Source: a virus
Reading direction: 5' to 3' (one strand)
DNA length: 64,000 bases
Virus record (IMG/VR): IMGVR_UViG_3300042691_018527
Coordinates: 22,012-86,011 of that record
The position numbers were made by a program, and so were the translations under genes. The notes beneath the pieces are model-generated. The model was not told where the DNA came from. It did not search any database and worked only from the letters and a program-made list of their open reading frames with translations. Positions 37,061-47,333 of the stretch are shown one piece after another (within the stretch, counting starts at the first letter, position 1; each line of letters begins with the position of its first letter).

Positions 37061-38716
37061 TCAACTTGTCATACCAGCAGCAGCTGCATTAGAAGGTTCG
37101 TATACATTTGCAAAATAAACTGGGCGTTGTGGGTTTTCTGCTTGAAAGAATACCCAAACCTTTGCACCAACAGCTGGACAAGAAAACATACCAGCCGGTC
37201 CACCTATTCTACCGGCATTAACAGATCCTGTTGCCATTTGAAGTTGGTTCGTTGTTCTAAATAATTTATTACCATTACTACCACCAGTGTATGTTCCATT
37301 TGCTTTTTCAGATGCTTTCATGTTTTCTGCTAGTAATTGTTTTTCGTTGTTTGTTAAAAAATTACCAGTTGATGCTCTTTGTACTGGACCGTATGCCGTT
37401 GATATACCACCCCATCCATATGGGTTCCAAGAAGAAACTAGTGACTTATCTTGAAAAGCTATTTTATTTCTTCCACCATATTTTGAACCAAAATATAAAT
37501 CTTCAGAATAATTTATAAAAGATTTAGTATTATCATCTGGATTATATATGTTTCCATTTTTTCCATGTGCTCGCCATGCATCATTACCCATTTGATATAA
37601 TCCATATGATGGTCCACTTGTTGTTTGTGGGTTGAAACTACTTTCTACACTAGCCATTCTAGTAAAAAGATGCGCCCATTCTTCCTTTGAACCGGTGGTA
37701 ATACCATATGTTTTACCATCATCTGGTATTATGTATTTACCACCATTTGATGCTGGGTCAAATTTACTACCATTTAAAGAATTTAAAACTCTTTCATACT
37801 GTGTTTTAAATGCTGGAGACATAGATTTAGTATCACCAATTTCAGTAGAACTATAATTTAATGTTTCTCCGGTATAAGCACCATCTGATCTTACAAAACC
37901 ATCATTCTCAATTTCTATAGGACTAACTTTACCACTAACTGGTTCATTTGTTTTTGGTGCTTGTGCATATCTTTGTAATGTGCCATTTTTATATTGATTT
38001 CCTATATTTTCAAACCACGACGGAGAACCAGCCAAATTTGTTTTAACGCTTTCACTTGGACTATTTCTCCAAAAAACACTCTTACTTCCATCTTGTCTGA
38101 AACCAACGTGTATATGATTTCCTTCCCATCCAATTTCGGTAGCACCACCTTGGGTCATCCACCAATTAACTATTCTTTCTTGTTCAACTGGACTAGCTGG
38201 CATCGCAACATCTATAGCATTTCCTGATAAATGTAAACTAGTTTGAGAACCTCCTTCTGGCACATAGTCTCTTTTTGCACTAGTTATGATTGCATTTGGA
38301 AAATTCGCAGCAAATCCACCTAAAGAAGCTTTCATTGTTTCACTTAACCCGGCATCACTTTTATTCGGTGCAAATAATTTTTTATAATCAGCAGTAGCAC
38401 CTTGATATGAAAAGGATTGATCAGTTGGAAATGGAGTTGGTTCACCAGTATCAGTATTTACTGGTGCTCCAGTACCACCACCCCATATTGGAACAGCTGC
38501 TTCAGCCCAAGGTAATAAAGACAATAATCTTTCTTTTATTTCTGAATCAAAAATACTTTCTTCAAAAGTTTTAAATTCTATGTTTTCTAATTTTTCATTC
38601 CAGTTATTATATAATGTTGTTGATATATGTGGAATATAAACTTGAACACGACCTCTATTTTCTGGATCATTTGTATTAACTACAAGACCAACATGATTCC
38701 CAACTGCTGTTTTCAT
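37061..38716 (-). CDS. gp5 N-terminal OB-fold protein with inserted peptidase M15 and lytic transglycosylase domains
   Basis: GLVVNTNDPENRGRVQV..LPWA [TSAKR..SLHLSGNAID..HIHVG; VESSFNP..GLYQM] PAVGAKVWVFF...PVYF. Confidence 0.8.
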   Translation of the reverse strand: MKTAVGNHVGLVVNTNDPENRGRVQVYIPHISTTLYNNWNEKLENIEFKTFEESIFDSEIKERLLSLLPWAEAAVPIWGGGTGAPVNTDTGEPTPFPTDQSFSYQGATADYKKLFAPNKSDAGLSETMKASLGGFAANFPNAIITSAKRDYVPEGGSQTSLHLSGNAIDVAMPASPVEQERIVNWWMTQGGATEIGWEGNHIHVGFRQDGSKSVFWRNSPSESVKTNLAGSPSWFENIGNQYKNGTLQRYAQAPKTNEPVSGKVSPIEIENDGFVRSDGAYTGETLNYSSTEIGDTKSMSPAFKTQYERVLNSLNGSKFDPASNGGKYIIPDDGKTYGITTGSKEEWAHLFTRMASVESSFNPQTTSGPSYGLYQMGNDAWRAHGKNGNIYNPDDNTKSFINYSEDLYFGSKYGGRNKIAFQDKSLVSSWNPYGWGGISTAYGPVQRASTGNFLTNNEKQLLAENMKASEKANGTYTGGSNGNKLFRTTNQLQMATGSVNAGRIGGPAGMFSCPAVGAKVWVFFQAENPQRPVYFANVYEPSNAAAAGMTS

Positions 38717-38719
38717 TTA

Positions 38720-40411
38720 TTATGTTGATGGTTTTTCAGTTTTAGTTTCTTCTTTCTTTTTAAATGGATTTATTGCATTTAATCCATTTCCAATAGAACC
38801 CGTAAATTTAGAAACACCAGTAATTAATTCATCTTTTGCTAATGATGCATTAACACTAGCATCTTGTAAATTTTTATTCAATAATCTAAAATCTTCTTTA
38901 ACGTTTCCAATAATATCAGTTGCTTCAATTGGATTACCATAAACATCCATTTTACCACCACTGTATACATTTGGACCAAGAATTTGATTAGATGTTGGAA
39001 ATAAACTTGAACCGTCACCGTATCTATTATAAATTGCTTCTGCCTTTGACAGAATATCACCAATTGGCGATGCTTTAGAATATTGTGGGCCAAATTTATT
39101 AACCAATGCACCAACTAAATTTCCTTGTAATGCTGTTGCAATATATGAATAACCATAGTTTGATAACATGTCAGACATGAAAGATCCCGGATCACTTCCA
39201 ATTTGATCAACAGTATCCATAATTTTTTGAACATCTGGTGGTAAAAATCCTTTTAACAAACTTAATGGGTTTGGGTTTGTTAAAATATTAGATGCTGTGT
39301 TCATAAAAGTTTGAATTGTATTTAAATAATTTAAAAACGGTCCTGACATATTAAACAAAGATGTAAAGAAATTTATATCATCCATTATTACTTGCAGTGT
39401 ATCTAACAATAAACAAATTAAATCTAATGGAATAATTTCTTCTATTTTTGCCATTAACCATCTTTGTGCTTCTGCAATTAATCCATTTACCCATGCATAT
39501 ACTTGTTGAACATATGCAATTATACCATTATATATGTCTGATATGATAGCATTAAATGCTGCAACGACACCATTTATTGCTCTCACAAGTCTACCAACAG
39601 AACTAAAAGCACCTTTGGGCATCGAAAGATATGAGCGTGTTCTTATTGTATTACAAAATTTTTCTAAATTAGTTACTGCATCCGGATGTATGTTATTTAA
39701 AAGTCTTTCAACTAAACTTGGTGTTGTTTTCTTTGGTCCAGTTAATGGACTTTCTGCCATATTATCAGCATTTGCTTCAGTTACACCTTCTTTTCCTATT
39801 TCATCAAAACAACCTTTTTGCCATGCTGGTGTTTTTTTCAATGCCTCTTGTAATAATGGTTGTTTTGCCATCTTGAAAAAGTCATTTAAAAATGCTTCAT
39901 CTATAATATATTTCTCATGACCTTGTACTGACGATGATAGTGTTTTATTATCAAATCCATATACTAATAATGCCAATAATAAATAATACTTGTTTATATT
40001 TAAATTACTAAATTGATGTTTTATTCTTGCTAATTCACCGCCAAATAAATATGGATATAATGTTAAGTTAGTTTGTTTTTCAAGTGTTCTTATTTCTTCT
40101 TTAGTAACATCTGTTTTTGCAACAGGTGTGGCTAATTTAGTTTGATCAATAACTTGTTTTGGTTTATCGGCAGGATTTTTTCTTGTTTGTGGTGGAACTT
40201 GGTTTGGTTTTGCAACAACAGAAGGTTGTGGTTGTGTTGGACCATAGTCTCTACCTAATTCTGGAAAGGTAACAGAAGGTTGTGGTTGTGTTGGACCATA
40301 GTCTCTACCTAATTCTGGAAAGGTAACATCATTTGTTTTTGCTTGTCTAGTTTGTGGTGCTGGTTCGTAGTTTCTACCTAGAACTGAAAACTCTTCATCT
40401 TTTGTTGCCAT
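38720..40411 (-). CDS. hypothetical virion/baseplate-associated protein
   Basis: 563 aa in baseplate cluster; P/Q-rich repeated N-terminus, helical core. Confidence 0.6.
   Translation of the reverse strand: MATKDEEFSVLGRNYEPAPQTRQAKTNDVTFPELGRDYGPTQPQPSVTFPELGRDYGPTQPQPSVVAKPNQVPPQTRKNPADKPKQVIDQTKLATPVAKTDVTKEEIRTLEKQTNLTLYPYLFGGELARIKHQFSNLNINKYYLLLALLVYGFDNKTLSSSVQGHEKYIIDEAFLNDFFKMAKQPLLQEALKKTPAWQKGCFDEIGKEGVTEANADNMAESPLTGPKKTTPSLVERLLNNIHPDAVTNLEKFCNTIRTRSYLSMPKGAFSSVGRLVRAINGVVAAFNAIISDIYNGIIAYVQQVYAWVNGLIAEAQRWLMAKIEEIIPLDLICLLLDTLQVIMDDINFFTSLFNMSGPFLNYLNTIQTFMNTASNILTNPNPLSLLKGFLPPDVQKIMDTVDQIGSDPGSFMSDMLSNYGYSYIATALQGNLVGALVNKFGPQYSKASPIGDILSKAEAIYNRYGDGSSLFPTSNQILGPNVYSGGKMDVYGNPIEATDIIGNVKEDFRLLNKNLQDASVNASLAKDELITGVSKFTGSIGNGLNAINPFKKKEETKTEKPST
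40217..40328. repeat. perfect 54-bp tandem duplication (18-aa repeat)
   Basis: 40217-40270 is identical to 40271-40324; encodes VTFPELGRDYGPTQPQPS twice. Confidence 0.95.
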
Positions 40412-40481
40412 ATAAAAACTTACTCGATTTTAATATTTTATCCTTGATATATAATAATTTTTTATTAATATAATAATATTT

Positions 40482-41081
40482 ATGCCATTTTATCCATTAA
40501 TCGGAATATCCGGTGCTGCAAGAGTAGGAAAAGACACTTTATGTAGAGCTTTAATAAGAGAATTTAAAAAAATAAATTTAATAGCAATTAGAAAATCAAT
40601 TGCCGGTGATACTGTTAAAAAAGATTTACAAGAGTTATTAATGCAAAAACTTAATATCGATTCATTTACAGAAAATACCGATGAAAAAACTTTATTAAGA
40701 CCTATTTTAGTAGAATATGGTAAACTGATGAGAAATACTTCACAAGGAAGATATTTTATAGACAACTTCGAATATTCAAGAAACACTATTAACATTATTC
40801 CAGATATTAGATATGCAGAATATAAAAGAGATGAACTTTCTTGGTTGAAAGACGAATCAAAGGGTGTTTTAATTTTTTTGGAAAGAGAAGAAATTTCAGA
40901 TGCAAATGAAACCGAAAAAATTAACAATAAAATAATTAGAAATTTTGCAGACCATTATATAAGATGGGGTAGATTAGATGAAAATGATGAAAAAGAAAAA
41001 ACTTTAATTAACTCTTATGCAAGAGAATTTTTAGTTAAAAAATATCTACCACTTGTTGATTGGACAGTGAGAAGCCTTTAG
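40482..41081 (+). CDS. deoxynucleoside monophosphate kinase-like (gp1-like) P-loop kinase
   Basis: IGISGAARVGKDT, R.ILVEYG, IIPDIRY motifs. Confidence 0.72.
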   Translation: MPFYPLIGISGAARVGKDTLCRALIREFKKINLIAIRKSIAGDTVKKDLQELLMQKLNIDSFTENTDEKTLLRPILVEYGKLMRNTSQGRYFIDNFEYSRNTINIIPDIRYAEYKRDELSWLKDESKGVLIFLEREEISDANETEKINNKIIRNFADHYIRWGRLDENDEKEKTLINSYAREFLVKKYLPLVDWTVRSL

Positions 41082-41402
41082 GTATGTTTTAACTGCCATA
41101 TAGCATCCACACTTAGTACATCTATCTTGTGCGGAGTTAAAAAATTCACAAGAATTACATATCGATTTCCTTTTGGAAACTTCATCGTCACTAGCATTTA
41201 TCGGATTACCAGTAGCAACACTTTGAACCGTTTTAACAACATCTCTTCCTAAATTTTTTGCCATCTGTACAGCAGATGGAAAAGTTTGTTTATTTGAGTT
41301 TGCCAATTTACTTATTTGATGTTGTTGCATCATATTTTTTAAATAATCTTTACCATTCATAATATTAGAAATTTGTATCTTTTTTGTTCCAAACTTTATC
41401 AA
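41046..41402 (-). CDS. small Cys-rich protein (likely start at 41360)
   Basis: R..ICNSCEF...RCTKCGC...K......CP..KW pattern. Confidence 0.7.
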   Translation of the reverse strand: MIKFGTKKIQISNIMNGKDYLKNMMQQHQISKLANSNKQTFPSAVQMAKNLGRDVVKTVQSVATGNPINASDDEVSKRKSICNSCEFFNSAQDRCTKCGCYMAVKTYLKASHCPINKW

Positions 41403-42966
41403 AACTATCTATTTTTACAGCAACAACTTCAGTTATATAAGTTTCTTGTGTAAACAAATGACTAACTTTAGTTATTAACCATTGACCAAAAAATCTGTCA
41501 TCAAATGGATTGGAATCATAATCCATTCTGTCTATAAAAATAAAACGACCAGGTGATCTGATTGTTAATCCATATGCTTGGAAACATATTGATTGATTCA
41601 AAAAAATAGAATCCAATATCATTTCATTTCTTTTTATATCTTCATAAACAAATGACCCATTATAACTTTGTTTTGTTTCAAACATTAAACCTGATTGTTT
41701 TGTTTTATTTAAATTTAAAAGTATTTGAGCATCTCTTCCTTTTGTAAAACTATATAAACCACCTTTAGCGTATTTTTCTAATGTTTGTATAACACTATCT
41801 GCTGTGTTATTTTTTACTTTTATATGGAAAGAACCGGTTGAATGATCGTAGTAACTAATTCCAGAATTAGTTATTCGATTGTCATCTGATGCAACCATTG
41901 GTGAAAAATAATATTTTTGTATTCTTGATGCTATTGGAGACATAACATCACCAGTGTCTGTTGGACCTCTGGAAACATGAGGTTTGTTTTTTTCATCAAA
42001 TCCACTAGATGCTTCTAATATCAATCTTTCTATTTGTTTACCAGAAGAATCTTCAAAATATTTTAAAACCGGAACCAAATGCCATTTTTTATCTTCTGTG
42101 TGTCTACCAAAATCCAAAATAACAGGTCCACCATCTGATGCAACACAATATGGTAAAATGTTATACATATCATCTAATGCACTATACGATGCGGAGGTAT
42201 GATACGGTATTTTGTTATTTGAATGACCAGAATCCCAATTATCATCAAAACTAGCAAATGGAATAGATGGCGTATCTATATTTTCTCCTTCTTTAAACCC
42301 AACATTTAAAATGCTGTTTGAATCAAAGTTAGGATTTGGGTTTGTACCAGCTATTTTTATTAATTCTTTTAATAACTGATTTGGGTTTATAGATTTTTCC
42401 GCATCTGTAAGTTCATAAGGTTTTTTATTTGTATTGTTTAGTTTTACCGCTAAATTAGCTGATGACCATTCTAAATTTCTTTCTTTTAATATCTGATATC
42501 TTTCGTCTATAAAAATATATTTTCTTTTTTTAATTTGAGCATTTGGCGTTGGTAAATCTTGTACATCGGTTACAACAAAATCAAACGACATTTCCCATTT
42601 GTCTTTTGGAAATAAAGAATTTTTTTCTTGAACTTTATCGTTTTCACTAGCTAATGGTAAAATTCGTATTGCTATTTTATTTCTACCATCTGTTCTATCA
42701 ATATAAGGTGCTTTTACTTTTTTAATGCTGGAATTTTCAGTAGAAAATTCAGTAGAATTTCCTCTTGAAAAAATTTCAAATGAAGTGTTTAAAACAATAT
42801 AACCAGTTGTTGGCCAATTTTGAAGACTTTCTTCTATCATCAATGAATCAATAAAGAAAAATGGAACACTCAAAGGTTTCTCACCTTCAATTTGATTGTA
42901 CATCAAAATTTCAATGTAATATTTTTGATCTCTAATTTGGTGAATATATCCAAGTTTATTGTTCAT
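41365..42966 (-). CDS. baseplate hub protein (gp27-like)
   Basis: C-terminal G.TIRSPGRFI.I...FFGQWLITKVSHLF...Y.TE hub-type motif; baseplate context. Confidence 0.6.
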   Translation of the reverse strand: MNNKLGYIHQIRDQKYYIEILMYNQIEGEKPLSVPFFFIDSLMIEESLQNWPTTGYIVLNTSFEIFSRGNSTEFSTENSSIKKVKAPYIDRTDGRNKIAIRILPLASENDKVQEKNSLFPKDKWEMSFDFVVTDVQDLPTPNAQIKKRKYIFIDERYQILKERNLEWSSANLAVKLNNTNKKPYELTDAEKSINPNQLLKELIKIAGTNPNPNFDSNSILNVGFKEGENIDTPSIPFASFDDNWDSGHSNNKIPYHTSASYSALDDMYNILPYCVASDGGPVILDFGRHTEDKKWHLVPVLKYFEDSSGKQIERLILEASSGFDEKNKPHVSRGPTDTGDVMSPIASRIQKYYFSPMVASDDNRITNSGISYYDHSTGSFHIKVKNNTADSVIQTLEKYAKGGLYSFTKGRDAQILLNLNKTKQSGLMFETKQSYNGSFVYEDIKRNEMILDSIFLNQSICFQAYGLTIRSPGRFIFIDRMDYDSNPFDDRFFGQWLITKVSHLFTQETYITEVVAVKIDSFDKVWNKKDTNF

Positions 42967-42972
42967 ATTTTA

Positions 42973-43581
42973 TTAACAAACAGCTTTGTTTAAGTCATTC
43001 ATTAAATCGACATGTAGTTGATTAAATACAAATGATACATTACAGTTAATTTCATTTGGATCTTGGTTAGAATAATTTAATTCACTCAAATTTGTTGGAA
43101 AAGCATTCGTATATTCAAAAGAAATAATTTTTTTATTATATTCATCTATCCCATATATCCAAAATCGTGTAGAATAATCTGACATCGGATTTTTTAAAAT
43201 AGCTTCTTTATTAAATTGATTCAATTCGGTTATAGCTGAATGAGCTTCTGCTGTACTTTTCTTCGCATCATTTAGTAAATTCAACCAACTCCATAGAATC
43301 CAATAATTTTTGTAGTTGTTATCAACTAAAAATTTTATGTTTAATTGTCCATATTCTGGTCTTGAGAATGATGAAGTTTGATACGATTGACCACCATATG
43401 GAACTTTTATAGATGGTACTGAAATAGAAGGAACAGGTGAACCAAATATTGAAATTTGTAACGGATCGGCATTAAAATAATCACCAAACCCCTGAGTAAA
43501 ATTGTTTTTAAGTGCTTTTGGAATATCCAAAACCAATATGAATTTATCGTTTCTTGATCTGTTTAGTGGTGGTTGTAACAT
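42973..43581 (-). CDS. gp3: tail tube terminator (gp3-like)
   Basis: YGQLNIKFLVDNNYKNY...W and F.Y.NAFPTNLSELNY motifs. Confidence 0.7.
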   Translation of the reverse strand: MLQPPLNRSRNDKFILVLDIPKALKNNFTQGFGDYFNADPLQISIFGSPVPSISVPSIKVPYGGQSYQTSSFSRPEYGQLNIKFLVDNNYKNYWILWSWLNLLNDAKKSTAEAHSAITELNQFNKEAILKNPMSDYSTRFWIYGIDEYNKKIISFEYTNAFPTNLSELNYSNQDPNEINCNVSFVFNQLHVDLMNDLNKAVC

Positions 43582-43582
43582 A

Positions 43583-45445
43583 TTAAAATAAAACTATTGG
43601 GTAATAATCTTCTCTCTTATATAACTTATCAGAATTATCTTTTTCTTTTTTATTATCTACTTTAGGTTGACCCCAACTTAACAACCAACGTTGTAATTCT
43701 GCTGCATCTTCATCGCTAGTCTGTACTGTATTTTCTTCAAATTTACCTACAAAAGAATAAGATGCATTTGTAACTATATTTTTCTTAAAAGTTGATATAG
43801 TTCCAGCAAATATTGGACTTTTTTTAATTAAATCTGAGTTATCTGCTAATGGTTTAATAACCAATGGTCGTCCTTGATCATCATAATCTATTATATTGTA
43901 ATATTTTTCAGCAATTGCTGGGTCTAAAATAAAAAGACCCCATATTAATGACATAACTCTATCATCAAAGTCGTCATTTTTTCTTTTACTGTATGTAAAG
44001 TTTGGGTGTTGAACAAAATTATTAAGTTCTAACAACGTATCCATATCATACAAATTAACAGCTTTCAAACTATTCATCCAATATCTAAAATTTATAACAC
44101 CACGATAACGTGTGTTAGTGTGATTATATATACCAAATCTATTTTCTTTATTATAATGTTTGCTATTTCCCTCTAAATTGTATGTTACAACTGATTCATA
44201 ATTGTGAGTATGACATAAAACATCAAGAACCTGTTGACCATTGTTATTGTTTTCTATCAAAATTGGTGGTCTACCCCAATCGTCTAATATGCCCATCAAT
44301 CTAGTTCCAAAATGATAAGGGCTAATTTGGTTTGATGCAAATATAGCAACTTGTTTTATGTTTGTTAAATCAGAGAAATCTAATATTTGAGCTACTGTAT
44401 TTGACCTTCCAATACCTTCTCCAACGTCAACACCTATTGCATAAAAACTATTTGGGTTTGGTTCGTGGAATATTTTATATGCACCATCATCCATTACCAT
44501 TATAGGTTCTTTGCATTGTGCTTTTAATGCTTCCAACAAATCTGGATCAATTGCGGTTTTACCTGGTTCGTGGAATACGTTAGCATATTCTTGGTCAAAA
44601 TCTTCTTTTGATCCCATCAATGCAATTGTTTTTTGTTTCCATTCTTCGTCTCTTCCTGGAACATCCCAGTAATTAACAACTTCCAAATGCCACTCGCTGT
44701 TTGGTTTTTGAGATTCTTTGTATAATTCGTAAAATTTATTTTCTGTTCCATTTGGAGTACTAATCACAACAACTTGTGACTTCTTCATTGAAGAAATAAT
44801 TGGTATGGCAGACTTCCAAAGTTCTTTCATCAAATCGTTTGGACAGTGAGCCATCTCATCAATGATTAACAAATTACTAGTAGAACCTCTAGGACCAGAA
44901 GAAGATGTTGTGCTTACTGTTATAGCAGAATCGTTTGATAGTTGAAATCCGTCTCTTCTCCAAGATTTAACGCTAGGTTTCATCCAAACAGGAAGTTGTT
45001 CAAATGACATTTTAATTCTTGCAAAAATTTCTTTTGCAGTAGATTCTTTATTAGCAACGATGGTTATTCTTTTATCTGACTGAAAACAAACTAACCATAA
45101 AGCATAAATTGTTATAGTTGTGGTTTTACCGCTCTGTCTAGAACTTAAAACTACATTAAATCTATTTCCTTTAAAAGCCTTTAACAAACTTTTTTGGTAC
45201 TTATATAAACTAATTTTTTCTTTACCTTCTTCTGTTATTATGTAAAAATAGTTTTCTGCAAAATGAAGAACACTTTTGGCACAAAGTTTTAATTCATCTT
45301 TCATCTGAGGAGTCCATTTGAACAATGAATTTCCTCTTAATAAATTTTCATTACCTTTATAATATGTACCATCAACAACAATATCTTCTGGTTCAATTTC
45401 TTCAATCGATTCATCTTCAATTGTTTCTTTTTTAGGTCTTCCCAT
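43583..45445 (-). CDS. gp17: terminase large subunit gp17
   Basis: SRQSGKTT, LLIIDEMAH, ISTPNG, FDQEY, GVDVGEG, DDRVMS motifs. Confidence 0.95.
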   Translation of the reverse strand: MGRPKKETIEDESIEEIEPEDIVVDGTYYKGNENLLRGNSLFKWTPQMKDELKLCAKSVLHFAENYFYIITEEGKEKISLYKYQKSLLKAFKGNRFNVVLSSRQSGKTTTITIYALWLVCFQSDKRITIVANKESTAKEIFARIKMSFEQLPVWMKPSVKSWRRDGFQLSNDSAITVSTTSSSGPRGSTSNLLIIDEMAHCPNDLMKELWKSAIPIISSMKKSQVVVISTPNGTENKFYELYKESQKPNSEWHLEVVNYWDVPGRDEEWKQKTIALMGSKEDFDQEYANVFHEPGKTAIDPDLLEALKAQCKEPIMVMDDGAYKIFHEPNPNSFYAIGVDVGEGIGRSNTVAQILDFSDLTNIKQVAIFASNQISPYHFGTRLMGILDDWGRPPILIENNNNGQQVLDVLCHTHNYESVVTYNLEGNSKHYNKENRFGIYNHTNTRYRGVINFRYWMNSLKAVNLYDMDTLLELNNFVQHPNFTYSKRKNDDFDDRVMSLIWGLFILDPAIAEKYYNIIDYDDQGRPLVIKPLADNSDLIKKSPIFAGTISTFKKNIVTNASYSFVGKFEENTVQTSDEDAAELQRWLLSWGQPKVDNKKEKDNSDKLYKREDYYPIVLF

Positions 45446-45455
45446 AATATTTTAC

Positions 45456-45469
45456 AATAAATATTTATT
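45456..45469. promoter_or_regulatory. palindromic bidirectional late-promoter motif
   Basis: AATAAATATTTATT presents ATAAATA on both strands between divergent genes. Confidence 0.5.
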
Positions 45470-45488
45470 AATAAACAAGAAAAAACAA

Positions 45489-45857
45489 ATGGATTATAAA
45501 AATAACACAGAACATTTGTTGGGTAAAGACGACAAAAAGTTGCCGTTTTATAGCAAATGGCCAATATATAAACTTAATAATTTCAAAAATAATTGTTTAT
45601 GGAAAAAATTTCAAAATAAATTATTAGAATTAAAAGAAAAAGATATTTTAAAAAACATAGAAGATGAAGATATTGTAGATTATTTTACAAATAATCCAGA
45701 CATAGATTTTGAGATTTTATTTTTCAAAGATAGTATGCCAAAGCAATATATATTTAAAATTGATAATGAAATTTATTCTTATACTTTTGGATATTGTAGT
45801 AAAAGAAAGTTTGTTGTTAGATTTTATTTTGATTTAAATAAATTCTTTAGTTTTTAA
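45489..45857 (+). CDS. hypothetical protein
   Basis: 122 aa ORF filling the gap between gp17 and gp53. Confidence 0.55.
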   Translation: MDYKNNTEHLLGKDDKKLPFYSKWPIYKLNNFKNNCLWKKFQNKLLELKEKDILKNIEDEDIVDYFTNNPDIDFEILFFKDSMPKQYIFKIDNEIYSYTFGYCSKRKFVVRFYFDLNKFFSF

Positions 45858-46206
45858 TTTGTCTCATCAACTCTGAAATTATTGGCCAAACATATTCAGA
45901 TTTTAATAATTTTAATTTTGTTCCTTGTTTTGGTGCAACTGTTGGATTTTTTATTTGATTATATTCACAAACCAACCACCATAATTCTATAGTATTGTAA
46001 TATTTATGTGATATATAAACCCAAGAATCGCTTGGTTTTACGACATATTCATCTTCAGCAGAACTATCGTTTGCAGGAAATATATTTATAGCTCTTAATA
46101 AATTATAAAACCTATTTTTATTTTCATCTTCATACAAATTAAAAAAATTTTCATACCTATAAACAGATAATTTTGGTAGATCTGGAAATGATGATTGCGG
46201 TGTCAT
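45847..46206 (-). CDS. gp53: baseplate wedge protein gp53-like (LysM-type)
   Basis: YVVKPSDSW..ISHKYY....LWWLVCEYNQI.NP motif. Confidence 0.78.
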   Translation of the reverse strand: MTPQSSFPDLPKLSVYRYENFFNLYEDENKNRFYNLLRAINIFPANDSSAEDEYVVKPSDSWVYISHKYYNTIELWWLVCEYNQIKNPTVAPKQGTKLKLLKSEYVWPIISELMRQIKN

Positions 46207-46212
46207 AATGTT

Positions 46213-47325
46213 TTATTGGTTTGTGTTTGGTGGAGGGTTGTTTCCACCATAACTATTTTTAACACTTTCAACTACGGCAGAACCAACATTTTTTACAGCA
46301 TTGACCGTTTCATCTCTCAGATTAGCCGCCCATTCCGGTATTCTACCAGCATCGGTAACTTCTATTTTAGATCCTCCGATGGCACCTGAAAATATGTTAG
46401 AACTTTGAGATATTAAATCTCTGAATGTGATAGATATTTTATATGCTTCCGGTATCAAAATTTCAGATGGTCCAAACCCTGAAAAATCTTTCATTCTTCT
46501 TGTTGTACCAATACTATCAACTTTAAAATTGCTAACAAATGCAGCTGCCATATATACACCACCTTTAGAAAAAGTATCAACTGTATATAATTTAGGTGGT
46601 ATATATGTCATCAAAGATGTTCTGGTTTTTAAATTTTGAAATGTAAAAAGTTGAACAAAACAATAATGATCAAACGCAGATTCTAATGACATGGTATTAT
46701 ATAATGGAAATGTTACAGTTAATTCATTTAAATTAGTGTTTGCGTATTGGTATGTGTCTTCAAACCCAAATCCAGGTGTTACCATACCAACACCAAAACC
46801 AACAGCAGCACCAATTAAATTCGCTTTTACTCCAGTTGAACCACTACCAGACCCAGCCATTCCTTTAAACATATCACCCAATCCACTTGCTTTAGTCCAT
46901 TCATTTGAAACATTTCTAATGTTATCACCGTTTTTTAATAAAAATGGAAAATTATAAGAAAATCCAGTTTTTTCAGATGCATATAATTGAAGATATGTGT
47001 CAACGGACTTATCACCAGCAAGACCTTGGAAAAAATTACCACCTTGTTCTAAAAATTGTAATAAGTTTGCTGTCCATATACCATATTTAAGTTCTCTCTC
47101 TGTAACCCAAACGGAAGGAACTTCTTCTGTACTTCCAATATTTTTCCAATGCATTGAATTTACGACATCAACAATACCAGAACCTCTTGGTTTAAGTTTT
47201 GTATATGGTTTTGCTAAATTATCAAGACCAAACACAGACAGTTGTGATTGTTCCGCTGTAAAATATTTATTGGAAGCAAATGATTTATTGATCCCACTTG
47301 TTCCTGTTATTGCTTCAAGTGACAT
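46213..47325 (-). CDS. baseplate tail-tube cap/initiator (gp48-like)
   Basis: PPKLYTV...AFVSNFKVD...PEAYKISITFRDL tube-fold C-terminus; context. Confidence 0.55.
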   Translation of the reverse strand: MSLEAITGTSGINKSFASNKYFTAEQSQLSVFGLDNLAKPYTKLKPRGSGIVDVVNSMHWKNIGSTEEVPSVWVTERELKYGIWTANLLQFLEQGGNFFQGLAGDKSVDTYLQLYASEKTGFSYNFPFLLKNGDNIRNVSNEWTKASGLGDMFKGMAGSGSGSTGVKANLIGAAVGFGVGMVTPGFGFEDTYQYANTNLNELTVTFPLYNTMSLESAFDHYCFVQLFTFQNLKTRTSLMTYIPPKLYTVDTFSKGGVYMAAAFVSNFKVDSIGTTRRMKDFSGFGPSEILIPEAYKISITFRDLISQSSNIFSGAIGGSKIEVTDAGRIPEWAANLRDETVNAVKNVGSAVVESVKNSYGGNNPPPNTNQ

Positions 47326-47333
47326 AATATTAT

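Noticed and set aside
40217-40328. Direct repeats as a possible CRISPR array
   Set aside because: Contiguous in-frame coding duplication with no spacers; no cas genes in the window
23257-45445. Inteins or introns in polymerase, UvsX, helicase or terminase
   Set aside because: Lengths are normal, motifs are contiguous and no splicing signatures were seen
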